64,000 nucleotides of DNA from Escherichia coli (GTDB lineage Bacteria; Pseudomonadota; Gammaproteobacteria; Enterobacterales; Enterobacteriaceae), in NCBI RefSeq assembly GCF_050920415.1, contig NZ_CP169309.1; one strand, 5' to 3'. Of the stretch, positions 13,071-21,759 are shown piece by piece (the stretch's first letter is position 1; the number at the start of each line of letters is the position of its first letter). The notes beneath the pieces were generated by a model. The model worked only from the letters and a program-made list of their open reading frames with translations, was not told the origin of the DNA and searched no databases. A program made the position numbers and the translations under genes.

Positions 13071-14059
13071 TTTACGTCTCTCGTCGATTAATTATCACCT
13101 GTCTGCTGTTGCTAATAGCTTGTGTGATGGCAAGCGTGTGGGGATTACGCAGCGGTGCCGTCACGCTGGAAACCTCTCAGGTATTTGCCGCGCTGATGGG
13201 TGACGCACCGCGCAGTATGACAATGGTGGTCACCGAATGGCGTTTACCGCGGGTACTAATGGCGCTGTTGATTGGTGCGGCACTGGGCGTCAGCGGCGCG
13301 ATTTTTCAGTCGTTGATGCGTAACCCACTCGGCAGCCCTGACGTAATGGGCTTTAACACCGGAGCGTGGAGCGGCGTGCTGGTGGCGATGGTGCTGTTTG
13401 GTCAGGACCTGACGGCTATCGCGCTGGCAGCAATGGCGGGCGGCATTATCACTTCGCTGCTGGTCTGGCTGCTTGCCTGGCGTAACGGTATCGACACCTT
13501 TCGGTTGATTATTATCGGCATCGGCGTTCGCGCCATGCTGGTGGCCTTTAATACCTGGCTGTTGCTGAAAGCGTCTTTAGAAACGGCGTTAACAGCGGGT
13601 TTGTGGAATGCAGGATCGCTCAATGGCCTGACGTGGGCAAAAACCTCGCCTTCCGCGCCCATCATCATATTGATGCTAATTGCCGCCGCCTTGCTGGTAA
13701 GGCGGATGCGCTTGCTGGAGATGGGCGATGACACCGCGTGTGCGTTAGGCGTCAGCGTCGAACGTTCGCGGCTATTAATGATGCTGGTGGCAGTAGTGCT
13801 TACCGCTGCGGCAACGGCGCTTGCCGGGCCGATTTCCTTTATTGCTTTAGTCGCGCCACACATTGCCCGCCGCATCAGCGGCACCGCTCGCTGGGGTCTA
13901 ACCCAGGCAGCGCTGTGCGGTGCGCTGTTACTGCTGGCAGCCGATCTCTGTGCTCAACAACTGTTTATGCCGTATCAACTTCCGGTTGGCGTCGTTACCG
14001 TCAGCCTCGGCGGTATTTACCTTATCGTCTTGTTAATTCAGGAGTCTCGCAAAAAATGA
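13067..14059 (+). CDS. fepG: ferric-enterobactin ABC transporter permease FepG
   Basis: 330-aa ORF MIYVSRRLIITCLLLLIACVMASVWGLRSGAVTLETSQVFAAL; start overlaps the fepD stop. Confidence 0.92.
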   Translation: MIYVSRRLIITCLLLLIACVMASVWGLRSGAVTLETSQVFAALMGDAPRSMTMVVTEWRLPRVLMALLIGAALGVSGAIFQSLMRNPLGSPDVMGFNTGAWSGVLVAMVLFGQDLTAIALAAMAGGIITSLLVWLLAWRNGIDTFRLIIIGIGVRAMLVAFNTWLLLKASLETALTAGLWNAGSLNGLTWAKTSPSAPIIILMLIAAALLVRRMRLLEMGDDTACALGVSVERSRLLMMLVAVVLTAAATALAGPISFIALVAPHIARRISGTARWGLTQAALCGALLLLAADLCAQQLFMPYQLPVGVVTVSLGGIYLIVLLIQESRKK

Positions 14060-14871
14060 CCGAATCAGTAGCCCGTTTGCGCGGCGAACAGTTAACCCTC
14101 GGATATGGCAAATATACCGTTGCGGAAAATCTGACTGTAGAAATTCCTGATGGTCACTTCACAGCGATTATCGGGCCAAATGGCTGCGGTAAATCCACGT
14201 TACTGCGTACCTTAAGCCGCCTGATGACGCCTGCTCACGGGCATGTCTGGCTGGATGGCGAGCACATTCAACATTACGCCAGTAAAGAGGTCGCACGCCG
14301 GATTGGTTTACTGGCGCAAAACGCCACCACGCCGGGAGATATCACCGTGCAGGAGTTAGTAGCGCGCGGGCGTTACCCGCATCAACCGCTGTTTACCCGC
14401 TGGCGTAAAGAAGATGAAGAAGCGGTAACGAAAGCGATGCAGGCCACAGGAATAACTCATCTGGCAAATCAAAGCGTTGATACCCTCTCCGGTGGGCAAC
14501 GTCAGCGAGCGTGGATCGCGATGGTGCTGGCCCAGGAAACGGCAATTATGCTACTCGACGAACCCACCACCTGGCTGGATATCAGTCATCAGATTGATTT
14601 GCTGGAATTGTTAAGCGAACTGAACCGCGAGAAAGGCTATACCCTGGCGGCGGTACTGCACGATCTTAATCAGGCCTGTCGGTACGCTAGCCATTTGATT
14701 GCATTACGTGAAGGGAAAATTGTCGCTCAAGGAGCACCAAAAGAGATAGTCACTGCTGAACTGATTGAGCGTATTTATGGTTTGCGTTGCATGATCATTG
14801 ACGATCCGGTAGCCGGAACTCCGCTTGTGGTGCCGCTCGGACGAGCGGCACCTTCAACCGCGAAGATTTAA
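14056..14871 (+). CDS. fepC: ferric-enterobactin ABC transporter ATPase FepC
   Basis: In-frame ATG at 14056 (MTESVARLRGEQLTLGYGKYTV) inside the longer 13738-14871 ORF; Walker A GPNGCGKST, signature LSGGQRQR, Walker B MLLDEP; overlaps the fepG stop. Confidence 0.9.
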   Translation: MTESVARLRGEQLTLGYGKYTVAENLTVEIPDGHFTAIIGPNGCGKSTLLRTLSRLMTPAHGHVWLDGEHIQHYASKEVARRIGLLAQNATTPGDITVQELVARGRYPHQPLFTRWRKEDEEAVTKAMQATGITHLANQSVDTLSGGQRQRAWIAMVLAQETAIMLLDEPTTWLDISHQIDLLELLSELNREKGYTLAAVLHDLNQACRYASHLIALREGKIVAQGAPKEIVTAELIERIYGLRCMIIDDPVAGTPLVVPLGRAAPSTAKI

Positions 14872-16001
14872 ACTAAGTGGTCTGCCATGATGGCATCCTG
14901 TTTTCTGGATGCCATGGCATGGCGCAACAGCACGCTACCACAAGCCACCATACCGCCGATCAACGCAGAAAGGATCACGATAATCGCCTTACCCGGACCG
15001 TCTTTTTTTACCGGTAATGACGGACGCAACTGATATTTAAACGGCGTAAAATTCACATCGTTGACATTTGTTTTTGTTAATTGCTCGACTAGATACTGAC
15101 GATTACGTAATTCACCATTCAGCTCCGCAACGTCAGTGACCGCTTTTTCAATTTCCAGTTTACGTTCAATACCGTCTGCGCCGAGAGAAATAGAAAAGTC
15201 GGGGTCATCTTTAACTGCCTGACCATTGCTATAAATGGGCTTTTTAATTCCTGCCGCGTTGGCAATGTCGAGTGAATAATTGAGGCGCTGAATGTTTGCA
15301 TCAAGTTGGTTTTTCGTTTTAATGCGATCCTGAGCCAGTTTTTCTTTTTCAAACTGGGTTTTGATTTCCAGTTTATTACGGACGTTTTCTAGCGACTCTT
15401 TCACCACCAACGCAGAGATATAATCGATATACCCGCTCAAAACGGTCTGCGCCTCTTCACTGGTTGGCGCGGTGAAACTTAGCGTCCAGGAGGCATACAG
15501 TGACGGTTCATCTTTTTTCTTACTGGCATTGTCATCAACCGCTTTCATTTTTTCGCTCAATGCGACGATAGCGCGATGCAAATCCAGTTCGTCGATTTTC
15601 GCCTCTTTTAATTGGTCCATCACATAAGGTGATGAGCGCAGGTACTCTTCCAGTAAGCTAACCGACTGAAACTTCTTGATAAACAGGTTAAATGCTTCTG
15701 TACGATCAATTTTGATATCCAGATCCAGCACACGAAGCTTAGTGAATGTTTTCTCAAGCGCCTGCCACTGAACAGGTTCTGGAGGCGTGACAACCGCCGC
15801 GCTGGTCCATTTTTGCGGCAGGATGAAAGAGATCAGTAAACCTGCGCAGGCAAACGCAAAAACGACCGCCATGACCGTTTTTTTGGCCCGCCATAAAACT
15901 TCAATTAGATTAAGTAAATCAATTTCATTATTACTGGGCGACGCCAGAGGATACTCGGGAAAATGAGCGTCACTTCCCTGTTTAATATTCAGTGATGACA
16001 T
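14868..16001 (-). CDS. fepE: enterobactin-transport / polysaccharide co-polymerase family protein FepE
   Basis: ORF frame 14868-16052; recognised start MSSLNIKQGSDAHFPEYPLASPSNNEIDLLNLIEVLWRAKK at 15999-16001; stop codon overlaps the fepC stop on the opposite strand. Confidence 0.88.
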   Translation of the reverse strand: MSSLNIKQGSDAHFPEYPLASPSNNEIDLLNLIEVLWRAKKTVMAVVFAFACAGLLISFILPQKWTSAAVVTPPEPVQWQALEKTFTKLRVLDLDIKIDRTEAFNLFIKKFQSVSLLEEYLRSSPYVMDQLKEAKIDELDLHRAIVALSEKMKAVDDNASKKKDEPSLYASWTLSFTAPTSEEAQTVLSGYIDYISALVVKESLENVRNKLEIKTQFEKEKLAQDRIKTKNQLDANIQRLNYSLDIANAAGIKKPIYSNGQAVKDDPDFSISLGADGIERKLEIEKAVTDVAELNGELRNRQYLVEQLTKTNVNDVNFTPFKYQLRPSLPVKKDGPGKAIIVILSALIGGMVACGSVLLRHAMASRKQDAIMADHLV

Positions 16002-16167
16002 GCGGTATAACCTGAAATGGGTCCAATAAGAGTAAATCTCCACGGCCCCCACTTTACCAGTTGGTGAGATTTATCCGAAGCTGAAGTTTGTAAATTCCTC
16101 TCACTGAATGCAACATTCACTCTATTTCAGAGAAATATCCGTTAAATTGATAAATTAAATAAATAAT

Positions 16168-16200
16168 AAACCCATAATCATTTATTGTAATTATGGGTTT
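16168..16200 (-). terminator. stem-loop downstream of entF (putative intrinsic terminator)
   Basis: Perfect 11-bp inverted repeat aaacccataat / attatgggttt with an 11-nt loop in an AT-rich context, directly after the entF stop. Confidence 0.5.
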
Positions 16201-16215
16201 ATAGATAATATAAAT

Positions 16216-19200
16216 TTACTTATTTAGCGCCGCACGAATAATTGGCCCTATTTTTTCAAACGCCATCGGCGAGATAATATCCACATGTGCGCAATCCTGA
16301 CGATAGATATCCAGCTCCGCAATCCATGGTGCCCAGGCCCGTTCGGGAGTCATCCCCTCCTGAAGCGTGCGTTCGGCAACAAACAGCGTCGCTTTTCCAT
16401 CAAACGGAACACTATGGGCAGTGGTCAACAAGCGCACTGCATCAGCGTAGTTGCCTTCAATGGTGGTAAACAGCTCCGTTGAAGTATTTCCCTGCTGTGC
16501 CGCCAGGAAGGCCTCGCGCTCGCGGTTAATCTCCGCCAGCACTTCCGGGTCCAGACCATTAGCCTCTTTTTCCTGCCAGTTTTGCGTTTCTGGCGGCCAG
16601 GTATCCAGCAAGCCAAGAAATGCCACCTGTTCGCCACGGGCACGCAGCCGTGCCGCAATCCCCTGCGCCAGCGTACCGCCCAGCGAATACCCCAGCAGGT
16701 AATAAGGGCCGTGCGGTTGTTGTTCAAGTAACGTTGCCAGATGCGCTTCGCAGACTTCATCCAGGTTTGCCGCGGTCTGCATGGGGCCATGAGGGCGCGG
16801 AGACTGGATGCCAATAATCGACCATTGAGGATCGAGATAACGCGAGAGCACGCTAAACTGCCAGGCAAAACCAGATGCTGGATGGAAACAAAACAGCGTC
16901 GGGCCATTACCTTCACGCAACGGCAGGATGGTTTCAAATCCCATGCGCTGGGTGCTGTCTTCTTCACCATCAATAACCGTTGCCAGTTTGGCGACGGTTG
17001 ACGCGACCATCACCTGCCCCGGCGTCACCTGACGGGCAAACTGTCGACTAAGTTGTGCTGCCAGTTTCATTGCCAGTAGCGAATGACCGCCAAGCGCGAA
17101 GAAATCAGCGTCAGCATCCTGCACGTCACAACCCAGCAACGACGAGAATGCCGCGGCGATAATCGTTTCACTGCCCACTTTCGGCGCACGCCCCGGCACT
17201 TGTGCCTTCAGTTCCGGCAACGGTAAGGCTTTGCGATCCAGCTTACCGTTGGCGCTAAGTGGTAACTGTGGCAGTTGCAGTAGAACCACGGGCACCATAT
17301 GCGGAGGCAATTTTTCGCGAAGCTGCGCCTGCAATGCGCTGGTATCCAGCGGCAGGCCCGATTGCGATACAAAATAGCCCACCAGTTGACGCGCATCCCC
17401 CCCGGTGGCTGCCGCCTGATTAATCACACAAGCGTGGGTAACTGCTTGCTCGACATCCGGCAGCGCCTGCATCACACGATCGATTTCGCCCAGTTCAATC
17501 CGCTGACCACGAATTTTTAGCTGATCATCACTACGCCCGAGATACTCCACCGCGCCGTTATCCAGCCAGCGGGCAACATCTCCGGTACGGTACATCCGTT
17601 CACCTGGCGCGAAAGGATCGGCAATAAAGCGGCTGGCTGTCAGATCGGGTCGTCCAAGATACCCCTGCGCCAGTTGAATACCGGTCAGATAGAGATCGCC
17701 TGCCACACCCGGCGGCACCGGATGCATCATCGCATCGAGAATGCGCAGGCCCGTGTTCCACACCGGGTAGCCAATCGGCACACTGCTGCCGCGTACCGCT
17801 GCAAGTTCAGCACCAAAGGCTGGATACCAGCTCACATCCACCGCTGCTTCCGTCGGGCCATAAAGATTATGTAACGGCGCGCCGGTTAACTGCTGCCATT
17901 CGCGACATAAATCGGCTGGTAAGGCTTCTCCGCTACAGAAAACCTGTTTCAACGTCGCGCAACTCTGGCGAGCGGTTTCCGGCGTCAACGAAGCAACAAA
18001 CGCCGCCAGCATCGACGGTACAAAATGCGTGGTCGTTACGCCATATTCAGCAAAGAATTGCTGCATAGCGAGCGGATCGCGGTGCGCTTCCGGTTCAGCC
18101 ATCACCAGTTTCGCCCCGGCAATAAACGGCCAGAAAAACTCCCACACCGAGACATCAAAACTGCACGGCGTTTTTTGGGCAACAACATCTTCGCCTGTGA
18201 GCGGGTAGTGGTTTTGCATCCATAACAGGCGGTTAACGATAGCCGTCTGCCCGACCATCACCCCTTTCGGCCTGCCGGTGGAACCGGAGGTAAAGATGAT
18301 ATAAGCCGTGTGGTGCGGTTGCGAAAGTTGCAGCGGCGCACTGCCCTGCGGTGTAAGCGGGGCGTTATAGCAAAGACTGGTTAAATTGGGGATATCGCTA
18401 AAGCGCGGCAGTTGATCATCGGTGGTGATTAACAGTGACGGACGCGCATCTTCCAGCATCATTTTCAGGCGATCGTCCGGATAGCCCGTATCCAGCGGTA
18501 GCCAGGCCGCACCTGCTTCAACTATCGCATGTAGCGCCATAGTCAAAAAGACCGAGCGCGGTAGTGCCACCGCTACGCTGTCGCCAGGTTTAACGCCGCG
18601 CTCACGCAGCAGATTCGCCAGCGCCACCACCTGCTCGCGCATTTCCCGATAACTGAACTGGTAACGCACATCTGCCAGTGCCGGAGCATCCGGCGTTTTT
18701 GCCGCCTGTTCTGCCACCAGCGCGCTCAGTGTGGTTTCTGGAATCTCAACCTGAGTGGCGTTGATCTGCGCCAGCTGTGCATACTCTTCTGGCAGCATAA
18801 TATCGACATCGCCGCACAACCGCGCCGGATCCGCGGCAAACTGCACCGTCAGCATTTTCAGCCGTTCAGCATGCTGGATTAGCGTTGGCTCATCGTAACG
18901 CTGTTTATTGGCGAGGATCTCAATACTCAAATCACCGTTTTCATCCGGGAAAAGGGCCAGTTCAAGGTCATTAACCGGACCGGTTGCCAGGGTATGGGTT
19001 TGCGCCTGTACCCCCGGAATATCTAACTGATAATCAAATACTTTAATATTGAGCACCGGACCGAACAGCGGTTCCTCTCCCGCCGCGCGCCCGCTGTCAC
19101 GGACAATTTGTTCGGCATCGTAACGTTGATGACGACGCATTTTTTTCAGTTGTGCCGCTAGTCGGGCTGCCAGTTGCGGCAATGTTTCTTGTGCCTCAAT

Positions 19201-20097
19201 GTGAATACCCAACGGCAACACGTTGAGCACGGGTCCGGTAGCCGTCAGCGCCGCTGAGCCCAGTCGACGCATAAAGATAAATCCGGCGGCGTAGTCCATG
19301 CGGTTGCACAATCGCCCCAGCCACAAAGCCGCCAGCGCAAGGGCTATATCGGTACGCTGCACACCTGAAAGTTGCGTAGCCAACTGGCGGAATTCCCCGC
19401 CGTTAAATTCCAGTTTCAGACGCAAAATATCTGCCGAGGCGCTGCGCCCCGGTAAAGGGGCTGGAGAAAGTGACGCGGGCGGTGGTAGTTGACGACGCTG
19501 TTCCGCCCAGAATGCCGCATCACGCTGCCAGGCTTCGCTTTCGCGGTACTGCTGGTACTCTTCCACTACCTCAGCGAAAGGCGTAAACGGCGAAGCCGGT
19601 GTTGGTTCGCCACACCCCCATGCACAGTAAATGTTGGCGATCTGGCGGGTAATGACCGGGAAACTGAAGCCATCGACCAGCAAATGGTGGTAACGCTGAT
19701 ACCAGTACCAGCGGTTATCTGCCACCTGTATCAGTTGATGAAAAACCAGAGGTTTACCGCTATCGACGCGCAGATCTTGTTGCAAATCCGCCTGCATTAA
19801 TGCCTGCGCAGTACCGTGCGGATCAATGTTGGTTCGCAGGTCGATAATTTCTGGCAGTTCGAACGTCAGCGCATCATCGACCCATTGCCAGACTTCGCCG
19901 TTATCTTCCGTAAAACGCATCCGCAGCGTATCTGCTTGCGCTAATCCGGCAACCACCGCGCGAGCCAGTAATGGCGCATCAACATCTCCGGTTAACTCAA
20001 CGTAATGCGCCACGCTCCAGGCGGAGGGTAAATCCGACAGTTTTTCTGCCATCCAGATGCCGGGCTGTGCGGCAACTAAAGGTAAATGCTGGCTCAT
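16216..20097 (-). CDS. entF: enterobactin non-ribosomal peptide synthetase EntF (C-A-PCP-TE)
   Basis: ORF frame 16216-20235; recognised start MSQHLPLVAAQPGIWMAEKLSDLPSAWSVAHYVELTG at 20095-20097; A-domain motifs FTSGSTGRPKGV and YRTGD; PCP motif FFALGGHSLLAMKL; thioesterase GYSLGG. Confidence 0.93.
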   Translation of the reverse strand: MSQHLPLVAAQPGIWMAEKLSDLPSAWSVAHYVELTGDVDAPLLARAVVAGLAQADTLRMRFTEDNGEVWQWVDDALTFELPEIIDLRTNIDPHGTAQALMQADLQQDLRVDSGKPLVFHQLIQVADNRWYWYQRYHHLLVDGFSFPVITRQIANIYCAWGCGEPTPASPFTPFAEVVEEYQQYRESEAWQRDAAFWAEQRRQLPPPASLSPAPLPGRSASADILRLKLEFNGGEFRQLATQLSGVQRTDIALALAALWLGRLCNRMDYAAGFIFMRRLGSAALTATGPVLNVLPLGIHIEAQETLPQLAARLAAQLKKMRRHQRYDAEQIVRDSGRAAGEEPLFGPVLNIKVFDYQLDIPGVQAQTHTLATGPVNDLELALFPDENGDLSIEILANKQRYDEPTLIQHAERLKMLTVQFAADPARLCGDVDIMLPEEYAQLAQINATQVEIPETTLSALVAEQAAKTPDAPALADVRYQFSYREMREQVVALANLLRERGVKPGDSVAVALPRSVFLTMALHAIVEAGAAWLPLDTGYPDDRLKMMLEDARPSLLITTDDQLPRFSDIPNLTSLCYNAPLTPQGSAPLQLSQPHHTAYIIFTSGSTGRPKGVMVGQTAIVNRLLWMQNHYPLTGEDVVAQKTPCSFDVSVWEFFWPFIAGAKLVMAEPEAHRDPLAMQQFFAEYGVTTTHFVPSMLAAFVASLTPETARQSCATLKQVFCSGEALPADLCREWQQLTGAPLHNLYGPTEAAVDVSWYPAFGAELAAVRGSSVPIGYPVWNTGLRILDAMMHPVPPGVAGDLYLTGIQLAQGYLGRPDLTASRFIADPFAPGERMYRTGDVARWLDNGAVEYLGRSDDQLKIRGQRIELGEIDRVMQALPDVEQAVTHACVINQAAATGGDARQLVGYFVSQSGLPLDTSALQAQLREKLPPHMVPVVLLQLPQLPLSANGKLDRKALPLPELKAQVPGRAPKVGSETIIAAAFSSLLGCDVQDADADFFALGGHSLLAMKLAAQLSRQFARQVTPGQVMVASTVAKLATVIDGEEDSTQRMGFETILPLREGNGPTLFCFHPASGFAWQFSVLSRYLDPQWSIIGIQSPRPHGPMQTAANLDEVCEAHLATLLEQQPHGPYYLLGYSLGGTLAQGIAARLRARGEQVAFLGLLDTWPPETQNWQEKEANGLDPEVLAEINREREAFLAAQQGNTSTELFTTIEGNYADAVRLLTTAHSVPFDGKATLFVAERTLQEGMTPERAWAPWIAELDIYRQDCAHVDIISPMAFEKIGPIIRAALNK

Positions 20098-20312
20098 TGC
20101 GCCTCCTGCTGCTGGATGAAATTCGCCGGTGTCAGAGTACGCCAGTGGGCGTCCAGCCACTGCTGGCAGGACGCCTGTGACTGCGGCTGACACACAACAT
20201 CCCAGCCTGCCGGTAAGGCGCACTGTTGCGGCCACAGACTGAATTGCCCCTGCGCATTGCGTAAAATGTAAAACACGCCCTGCGGATCATCGAAGGGATT
20301 ACTGAATGCCAT
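20094..20312 (-). CDS. ybdZ: MbtH-like protein YbdZ
   Basis: ORF frame 20094-20318; recognised start MAFSNPFDDPQGVFYILRNAQGQFSLWPQQCALPAGWDVV; 4-nt overlap with the entF start. Confidence 0.88.
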   Translation of the reverse strand: MAFSNPFDDPQGVFYILRNAQGQFSLWPQQCALPAGWDVVCQPQSQASCQQWLDAHWRTLTPANFIQQQEAQ

Positions 20313-20314
20313 AT

Positions 20315-21517
20315 TCAACTCCTGTCATGGAAAAGTGGTTGCCAGAGGTCGATTAGCCCCTGCATCAAGCCACCGCGCCAACAAAGCGCATCATGTCCGC
20401 CGTCAACCTGACGCCAGAAAATGGATTCTTTTAGGGGGGCTAATTGCGCATACAGCGCCTGATTGGCCCGCATAATCATCGGCTCGCGAATACCTGCTTC
20501 CAGCACAATGCGCAGACCTTCGGCGCTAACTTCACCAGCTTTGAGCTGTTCAAGTAACACGCCCTCTTGCTGCCCGCCCCGATGCGGCCACCAGTACGAT
20601 CCCGACTGGCTTAATACACAGCCAAAGCGTTCAGGCCAGCGCAGTCCGGCATACAGCGCGGAAAGTCCACCAAAACTCTGCCCTGCGACCACGGTGCGAT
20701 CGGCGCAATCGCTAAAGGGGGCGATAGCTTTCACCTGGGGTAATAACTCTTGCTGTACTGCCAGCCAGAAATCCGCATTACACGGCAGTTCGTGGGCGCG
20801 GTGCGTGGTGTCGATAGCGTCGATCAACACGTACACGGCGGGAGGAAGTTGCTGACGATGGGTCAACGAAGTCAGCGCAGGCCAGACGGGCATACTCTGC
20901 GCCCAAAATTCGCCATCAAGTAAAACTGCCAGCGGGCGTTCTTCTGCTGTTGCATCGCCGGTGGTAAAAATCCATACACGGCGTGAATTTTTCAACCTTT
21001 CACTTTTCCAGATAATTTCTTTGGCAGGCGTTTCTGGCGCTTGCGGACAATCCCATCCCGGTTGCAGGGGCGCTTGCGGCATTTCGAGTGCAGAAACAGC
21101 GTGCCCTCGCCCGCCTTTCCAGCTTTGTGGATTCAGCGGATCGGCTATCGCCTGGGGTAATAGTTTTCGCCAGCCTTCGCGCAATTCGAGGCGATCAGGG
21201 GATGGTGCAGAAAAAATGTCATCACGTTCGGTAGGAATAAAACAGTAGCTGCCGCGCCAGTTGGCATTGAGTTGTGTCGTCCACTGCCAGACATCGGTCC
21301 CTGCAATTCGCTGCATCGACTGGGGCTGGCTGTTCTGATGGTGATCGGTCACGCCAGTGATATAGACCCATACGCGCTTTATCGTCGAGTGGTCTTCAGA
21401 GCCTTGTGGATCACGCCACCAGAAAGTGACCTGATACATTTCGTCATTCAGACGCTGACATTCCGGGCCATGTTTCGACTGCCACCAGCTCTCACTTCCT
21501 ACTTTTAACGCTGTCAC
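20315..21517 (-). CDS. fes: enterochelin (ferric enterobactin) esterase Fes
   Basis: 400-aa ORF MTALKVGSESWWQSKHGPECQRLNDEMYQVTFWWRDPQGSE; esterase motif GQSFGG; exact start not verified (a shorter internal start is possible). Confidence 0.88.
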   Translation of the reverse strand: MTALKVGSESWWQSKHGPECQRLNDEMYQVTFWWRDPQGSEDHSTIKRVWVYITGVTDHHQNSQPQSMQRIAGTDVWQWTTQLNANWRGSYCFIPTERDDIFSAPSPDRLELREGWRKLLPQAIADPLNPQSWKGGRGHAVSALEMPQAPLQPGWDCPQAPETPAKEIIWKSERLKNSRRVWIFTTGDATAEERPLAVLLDGEFWAQSMPVWPALTSLTHRQQLPPAVYVLIDAIDTTHRAHELPCNADFWLAVQQELLPQVKAIAPFSDCADRTVVAGQSFGGLSALYAGLRWPERFGCVLSQSGSYWWPHRGGQQEGVLLEQLKAGEVSAEGLRIVLEAGIREPMIMRANQALYAQLAPLKESIFWRQVDGGHDALCWRGGLMQGLIDLWQPLFHDRS

Positions 21518-21565
21518 ACCATAACCCCATGTTTAATGTGCATTTTTTCATTGATTGCAGAAATA

Positions 21566-21600
21566 TATTGATAATATTATTGATAACTATTTGCATTTGC
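21566..21600. promoter_or_regulatory. Fur boxes in the divergent fes / fepA promoter region
   Basis: tattgataatattattgataactatttgcatttgc contains repeated GATAAT-type Fur hexamers between divergent fes and fepA. Confidence 0.7.
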
Positions 21601-21759
21601 AATAGCGTAATGACGCGCCGTGGGAAGCGCGGACATTAATTAACCAACTGCACTGCGTGTCTTTCAGGATCAAAGGTTTTCGCGGTAGCGGGATGCGTCG
21701 TGTTGATGACGACCATGCCCGACAGTTGCAATTCGTGGCAAAAATGCAGGAATAAAACA

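Noticed and set aside
13738-14055. N-terminal extension of the fepC frame (ORF called from 13738)
   Set aside because: Overlaps fepG in another frame; the canonical FepC N-terminus MTESVARLRGEQ begins at the internal ATG 14056, which overlaps the fepG stop.
16216-20235. Extended entF N-terminus (upstream Met at 20235) and other long in-frame extensions (fepA 21700, cusS 39083, nfrA 45031, nfsB 28434, entA 5920, entC 9568, fepE 16052)
   Set aside because: Recognised protein N-termini start at internal Met/GTG codons; the extensions overlap upstream genes or lack ribosome-binding context.
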